Shown: positions 6,580 through 10,479 of the stretch, in pieces
How positions within the stretch are numbered: the stretch's first letter is position 1
How the letters are laid out: each line of letters opens with the position of its first letter
NCBI GenBank assembly: GCA_903916665.1
Contig: CAIWXP010000093.1
Span: forward strand, 1 to 10,479
Source: Candidatus Iainarchaeum sp.
GTDB lineage: Archaea; Iainarchaeota; Iainarchaeia; Iainarchaeales; 0-14-0-20-30-16
DNA length: 10,479 nt
Direction of reading: 5' to 3'
The notes under the pieces: model-generated
The model's input: the letters and a program-made list of their open reading frames with translations, nothing else
Databases searched by the model: none
What the model was told of the DNA's origin: nothing
Program-made: the position numbers and the translations under genes

Positions 6580-6891
6580 ATGAAATATTTAATTGCAATA
6601 TTATTTATTGGTTTAATTGGATTGGTTGTATTATCTGGTTGTGTAGCTAGCAATCAGAAAGATACAAACACAGGTCCAGAAAATGATCAGTTAACAAAAA
6701 TATCCACCGATTTAAATCAAAACTCAACATTAAACAATACGGATAATCAAATATCCAATGATTTAAACGAACTAAATGTAGATGATAATTCTGCAAACGC
6801 AGATGCATTAGATATAAATAGTTTGGATACTGATCTATCACAAATAGATTCTTTGTTACAAGACCCAGATCCATTTACAACTTTAAATTAA
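6580..6891 (+). CDS. Small putative lipoprotein with N/D/Q/T-rich low-complexity mature region
   Basis: 103 aa. The signal peptide ends in the lipobox LSGC (Cys21 codon at 6640-6642). GGTGATT at 6571-6577 sits 4 nt upstream of the ATG and directly after the TAG stop of the preceding gene. A hairpin plus T-run terminator follows. Confidence 0.6.
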   Translation: MKYLIAILFIGLIGLVVLSGCVASNQKDTNTGPENDQLTKISTDLNQNSTLNNTDNQISNDLNELNVDDNSANADALDINSLDTDLSQIDSLLQDPDPFTTLN

Positions 6892-6896
6892 AACAT

Positions 6897-6941
6897 AAAA
6901 GCATTCACGAAACATCTGCGTGAATGTTTCTTTTTTTATTT
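6897..6941. terminator. Bidirectional hairpin plus T-run terminator between the lipoprotein gene and the C39-like peptidase gene
   Basis: CATTCACG (6902-6909) pairs with CGTGAATG (6919-6926), giving an 8 bp perfect stem extendable by G-U and A-U pairs. The loop is 9 nt. TTTCTTTTTTTATTTTT follows on the plus strand and CTTTTATGTTTT on the minus strand. Confidence 0.7.
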
Positions 6942-7430
6942 TTATATTGGCCCGTATTGCCTGCCCAAATCAAATTTGTTTTTTGATAAAACTAAAAGCC
7001 ATCTAATATATTTATGATTTATTTGTTTATCATGCCATCTTTTATCAAAATCATCAAATTTTATTTTAAAACATTTGCCATTCCAAGGATCATTCATAAT
7101 TAAATTATCTTTATCATAGCCAATTATTACTGAATAATGGCCATCATTTGAACTAGGTTCTTTGTAGTGAACTATAACGGGTAAACTTAAATCAATAAAA
7201 TGTTTAATATTGTGAATATTTGCGTTTTCATGAACAAAACAATAAAATCCACTTCGTCTAGAAACATCAATCATATATTTATGAATTGTTCCATATAATG
7301 GCTGGGTTTTTGCTAATTTAGATATGTCCTGTTCTTTTATATTTTTTTTAAAAAATGCAAAAACCATTTCTAAACTAGCTGGCCCGCAAGTATATCCTGT
7401 TTTTTGATGATAGTATGGAACTTTTAACAT
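6942..7430 (-). CDS. Stand-alone C39-like (Peptidase_C39_2-type, papain-fold) cysteine peptidase, cytoplasmic
   Basis: 162 aa. The N-terminus VPYYHQKTGYTCGPASLEMV carries an oxyanion Gln and catalytic Cys15. DGHYSVIIGY supplies His98 and IMNDPW supplies Asp114. An in-frame TAG two codons upstream of the ATG (minus strand, 7434-7436) rules out a longer N-terminus or signal peptide. Confidence 0.85.
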   Translation of the reverse strand: MLKVPYYHQKTGYTCGPASLEMVFAFFKKNIKEQDISKLAKTQPLYGTIHKYMIDVSRRSGFYCFVHENANIHNIKHFIDLSLPVIVHYKEPSSNDGHYSVIIGYDKDNLIMNDPWNGKCFKIKFDDFDKRWHDKQINHKYIRWLLVLSKNKFDLGRQYGPI

Positions 7431-7436
7431 AAACTA

Positions 7437-7459
7437 TTTATATCATTGTAATATTTAAA
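7437..7459. promoter_or_regulatory. Back-to-back TATA-like boxes in the 36-45 bp divergent spacer between the C39-like peptidase gene and sua5
   Basis: TTTATATC (7437-7444) is centred about 26 nt upstream of GTG 7467, which is 9 nt before ATG 7476. The minus-strand TTTAAATA (7452-7459) is centred about 26 nt upstream of the minus-strand ATG at 7430. No SD is present on either side. Confidence 0.4.
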
Positions 7460-7475
7460 TATTACAGTGATAAAT

Positions 7476-8453
7476 ATGAAAACAAAGATAGTAAAGGCAA
7501 CAGACCAAAATATAAAAAAAGCAACAAAGGAAATTATGGCAGGAAACTTAGTTGCGTTTCCAACAGAAACTGTCTATGGTTTGGGAGCAAACGCATTGAA
7601 TGAAAATGCAATTAAAAAAATATTTATCGCAAAAGGAAGACCTCAAGATAATCCATTAATTATGCACATTTCAAAAGCAAATGATATTTACAAATATGTT
7701 ACTAACGTACCCAAAAAGGTAGAAAAACTAATTAATAAATATTGGCCAGGACCCTTAACCATTATTTTAAAAAAGAAAAAAATAGTTCCAAACATTATTA
7801 CTGCTGGACTAAATAGCGTGGCCATAAGAATACCACAAAATAAAATCGCATTAGAACTAATTTCTAAATCCAATTGTCCCATTGCAGCCCCTTCTGCAAA
7901 TACATCAGGAAAACCTAGTCCTACAACCGCAAAACACGTATATGAGGATTTAAACACTAAAATCTCAACAATAATTGATGGCGGGCCTTGCAGCATAGGA
8001 TTAGAATCAACAGTAATTGATTTTACAACAAGAATTCCAACCCTTTTACGACCAGGTGCAATAACAAAGGAAATGATAGAAAAAATAATTGGTAAAATAA
8101 ACCTATCAAAAAGTAATGCAAAAAAAATAAAAAGTCCTGGCATGAAATATAATCATTATAAACCAAAAGCGGAAGTTATTTTAATTAAAACAAAGATAGT
8201 AAAAAGATTTATTACAGAAATATCTGAAAAAAATAAAGTTCTTTGCATATTAAATTCAAAAACAAAAATAAATATAAAAAACAAAATAACCTATAAAAAT
8301 GATAAACACCTAGGTCAAAACCTATTTGCTTGGTTTAGAGATGCAGATAGTAAAAAATTTAACATAATTATTGTTGAAGCTACAAAAGAAACTAAATTAG
8401 GTGTTGCAATAATGAATAGATTAAAAAAGGCTAGTAATGTTATTATTGAATAA
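7476..8453 (+). CDS. sua5: L-threonylcarbamoyladenylate synthase Sua5/TsaC (YrdC domain plus Sua5 C-terminal domain), tRNA t6A37 pathway
   Basis: Hallmark motifs are present: LVAFPTETVYGLGANA, KGRPQDNPLIMHI, YWPGPLT, IRIPQN, IAAPSANTSGKPSPTTA, and SPGMKYNHYKP opening the Sua5 C-terminal domain. The ORF track starts at GTG 7467. ATG 7476 is used here, but GTG 7467 remains possible if the mRNA is leaderless. Confidence 0.93.
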   Translation: MKTKIVKATDQNIKKATKEIMAGNLVAFPTETVYGLGANALNENAIKKIFIAKGRPQDNPLIMHISKANDIYKYVTNVPKKVEKLINKYWPGPLTIILKKKKIVPNIITAGLNSVAIRIPQNKIALELISKSNCPIAAPSANTSGKPSPTTAKHVYEDLNTKISTIIDGGPCSIGLESTVIDFTTRIPTLLRPGAITKEMIEKIIGKINLSKSNAKKIKSPGMKYNHYKPKAEVILIKTKIVKRFITEISEKNKVLCILNSKTKINIKNKITYKNDKHLGQNLFAWFRDADSKKFNIIIVEATKETKLGVAIMNRLKKASNVIIE

Positions 8454-8468
8454 TGAAATGGGGATAAT

Positions 8469-9140
8469 ATGTTTATTATAGCACATAGAGGATTTCACAG
8501 AGTAGATCCAGAAAATAGATTAAAAGCATTTAATGATGCCATCGGAATAGCAGATTATATTGAAATGGATCTAAGAAAAACTTTAGACAATAAAATTATT
8601 ATAAATCACAACCCAAGTATAAACGGCTATAAAATATCAAAATATAGCTATAAAGATTTATTAAAAATAAATTCAGATTTGTGTACATTTGAACAGGTAT
8701 TAAAAAAACTTTCAGGAAAAATAAAATTTGACATAGAACTAAAAGAAACTGGCTACGAAGATAAAATATTACAATTAATTAATAAATATTTAAAACCAAA
8801 AGATTTTATTATTATTTCTTTCAAAACAAAAGCAATTAAAAAAATAAAGGAATTAAATTCTAAAATAAAAACAGGTTTACTAATTGCATCAGAAATAGAA
8901 ATATTAGAACTGCGAAAACTATTAAAATATACAAAGGCAGACTATATTATGCCAGAACATTATTTCCTTGATTTAAAATTATACAATCCAAAAAAATTTC
9001 CAAATCACAAATTAATCCTTTGGACCGTTGACGGTAAATTCTTGGAAAAACATTTTAAAAAATATAAAGATAATAAATTCATCTACGCAATAACTACAGA
9101 CGATCCTGATTTGGCAAAAAAAATGTTAAAGAAGAAATAG
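8469..9140 (+). CDS. Glycerophosphodiester phosphodiesterase family (GDPD, UgpQ-like short form), with variant motifs
   Basis: 223 aa. The N-terminus IIAHRGFHRVDPENRLKAFNDAIGIADYIEMDLRKTLDNKIIINHNP matches the GDPD pattern HRG...PEN(T)...E.D...HD. ENT is replaced by ENR and HD by HN. A partial SD, GGGGAT, lies at 8460-8465. Confidence 0.75.
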   Translation: MFIIAHRGFHRVDPENRLKAFNDAIGIADYIEMDLRKTLDNKIIINHNPSINGYKISKYSYKDLLKINSDLCTFEQVLKKLSGKIKFDIELKETGYEDKILQLINKYLKPKDFIIISFKTKAIKKIKELNSKIKTGLLIASEIEILELRKLLKYTKADYIMPEHYFLDLKLYNPKKFPNHKLILWTVDGKFLEKHFKKYKDNKFIYAITTDDPDLAKKMLKKK

Positions 9141-9145
9141 AATTA

Positions 9146-10453
9146 TTAAACTTTATTTTTAACTACTTTTCTTATTTTTGTTATTTCGTCTTCTAATTTG
9201 ATGTTAATCTCTTTAGGCGTTACTACTATTAAAAATATGGCAATTATTACTCCCACTACACCTATTGCTGCAAATGCAGGTATATTTCCTAAAGTATCGG
9301 CCAAGAATCCCGCCAATATTGGGCCAACAACATAGCCAAAGTTAGTTGCAAAATCCGCTTGACTTTCTATTTCTGTTTCAACATATCTTGTTTCAGAAAC
9401 ATAATCTGCATAGGTTGCTCTATTCGCGGGCTCAGTTAGTGCTAAAAATATGCTTGATAGGAATGCTAAAATAATTAAAACTATTGGTATTTTAATAAAA
9501 AAGAAAAGAGTTAATATTAAACAACTAAATAATAGAGAATACATCGCAGTTTTCTTTTTTCCATATCGCGATGTAAAAAAATTGACAAACCAACCTACAA
9601 AAACAAAAGGCAACAAATAGGCAACTAAAAATAAACTAGATAGTATTCCCAAACCAACCCAACTTTCCGCAACCAACGGCCCAATTTCACAAAATATTGC
9701 ATCAATAATATTTAGCATAACAGTTACTAATAAAACTGGAAATATTAATTTACTAATCTTTTTCCAAATATAAATTTCGGAATATTTTTTTTGCCTACTA
9801 CAATTAATCCTATTGTCTAGTTCTTCTTTATCTTGGCTTTTCAATACTTTGTTTTGCTTAATTAATATTAAAATCAAAATTATAAAAAATATAAATGCCA
9901 GGCCCAAAAATATCCACGCTGCAACAAATGGTTTTACATCTAAAACTTCACCAATTAAAAAACCAGCAATTATGGGTGCTAATAAATAACCTAAAGAGGA
10001 AAATACAGCCAATACTCCGGCACCCGTAGCGTGCTCCTCTTCTTTTACATAGGCTCCAACAAATTCATATCTTCCAATATTAAATAAATCATAGTATAAT
10101 CCCCAAATAACCATTGCTAAAATATACATCCAAATGGTAGTTGCTTTCCACAAAACTAAAGGATAAAATAAACATACTGCAAACAAAACCAAATAGGTTC
10201 TTCTTAAACTAGTATTCTTTAAAACTTTACATAGAACAACATCGAAAAACATTCCAGCTAAAGAAGAAGTACCAATAATAATTCCCATCATTGTTTTTGA
10301 TATGCCTTCACCAGTTATTACCAAGGGCACAACATATTGTAATAAACCATCAAACATTGTCCAAAATAAAATTAGAAAGCCCATCGCATACAATGGTTTA
10401 TTCTTAAAACCCACTTTTTTAATATGATCGTGCAAATGAAATATTGTTGGCAT
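9146..10453 (-). CDS. Major facilitator superfamily-type transporter (about 12 TM helices, 6+6 with a charged central loop)
   Basis: 435 aa and strongly hydrophobic throughout. A central hydrophilic loop (KQNKVLKSQDKEELDNRINCSRQKKYSEIY) separates two bundles of about six helices each. Substrate cannot be inferred, and the MFS motif A is weak. Confidence 0.65.
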   Translation of the reverse strand: MPTIFHLHDHIKKVGFKNKPLYAMGFLILFWTMFDGLLQYVVPLVITGEGISKTMMGIIIGTSSLAGMFFDVVLCKVLKNTSLRRTYLVLFAVCLFYPLVLWKATTIWMYILAMVIWGLYYDLFNIGRYEFVGAYVKEEEHATGAGVLAVFSSLGYLLAPIIAGFLIGEVLDVKPFVAAWIFLGLAFIFFIILILILIKQNKVLKSQDKEELDNRINCSRQKKYSEIYIWKKISKLIFPVLLVTVMLNIIDAIFCEIGPLVAESWVGLGILSSLFLVAYLLPFVFVGWFVNFFTSRYGKKKTAMYSLLFSCLILTLFFFIKIPIVLIILAFLSSIFLALTEPANRATYADYVSETRYVETEIESQADFATNFGYVVGPILAGFLADTLGNIPAFAAIGVVGVIIAIFLIVVTPKEINIKLEDEITKIRKVVKNKV

Positions 10454-10479
10454 AGTAATTAGAAATATATTCTTATTTA

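Noticed and set aside
6380-6598. 72 aa minus-strand ORF
   Set aside because: It is antisense across the 3' end of the coiled-coil gene and the start of the lipoprotein gene. It spans a well-formed stop-SD-start junction on the plus strand. It has the same low-complexity shadow character.
6647-6874. 75 aa minus-strand ORF
   Set aside because: It is antisense to the lipoprotein gene. The plus-strand ORF has a signal peptide, a lipobox, an SD and a terminator, whereas this one has none of these. The plus-strand call itself is only moderately confident.
6942-7430. Bacteriocin or double-glycine peptide processing locus
   Set aside because: There is no fused or adjacent ABC exporter. No small ORF with a Gly-Gly leader is visible in the window.
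7688-8143. 151 aa minus-strand ORF
   Set aside because: It is antisense to the unmistakable Sua5/YrdC domain and is spurious.
1-10479. Alternative genetic code (TGA reassignment), CRISPR array, or an integrated mobile element
   Set aside because: All ten genes give full-length, motif-bearing ORFs under the standard code. They end in TAA or TAG, and the lack of TGA stops is expected at this AT content. There are no spaced direct repeats typical of CRISPR. There is no integrase, transposase or terminal inverted repeat.

Overview
AT-rich window (about 30% GC, estimated by eye) with ten tightly packed CDSs. I found no rRNA, tRNA, CRISPR array, integrase or transposase. The left two thirds (1-7430) look like an accessory, envelope-centred cluster. 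It holds (i) an FtsK/HerA-superfamily P-loop ATPase with an acidic N-terminal tail and a roughly 320 aa C-terminal extension containing a winged-helix-like segment, translationally coupled to a small 2-TM protein. It holds (ii) four signal-peptide proteins: a CARDB-like beta-sandwich surface protein with a C-terminal anchor, a type-I membrane protein ending in a cytoplasmic winged-helix DNA-binding domain, a secreted coiled-coil protein, and a small low-complexity lipoprotein. It holds (iii) a stand-alone C39-like cysteine peptidase with no signal peptide. The right third is housekeeping or transport: Sua5/TsaC (t6A synthesis), a short GDPD-family phosphodiesterase and an MFS transporter. Several signals favour a small-genome, DPANN-like archaeon: TATA-like boxes about 26 nt upstream of the start codons of first genes, GGTGA(T) Shine-Dalgarno sites only before internal or leadered genes, oligo-T or hairpin terminators, a HerA-type ATPase and a membrane-tethered wHTH. 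An AT-rich CPR-type bacterium cannot be excluded from sequence alone. The best candidates for something undescribed are the ATPase plus 2-TM pair and the tethered regulator next to a repeat-decorated promoter. All functional links between genes are inference.
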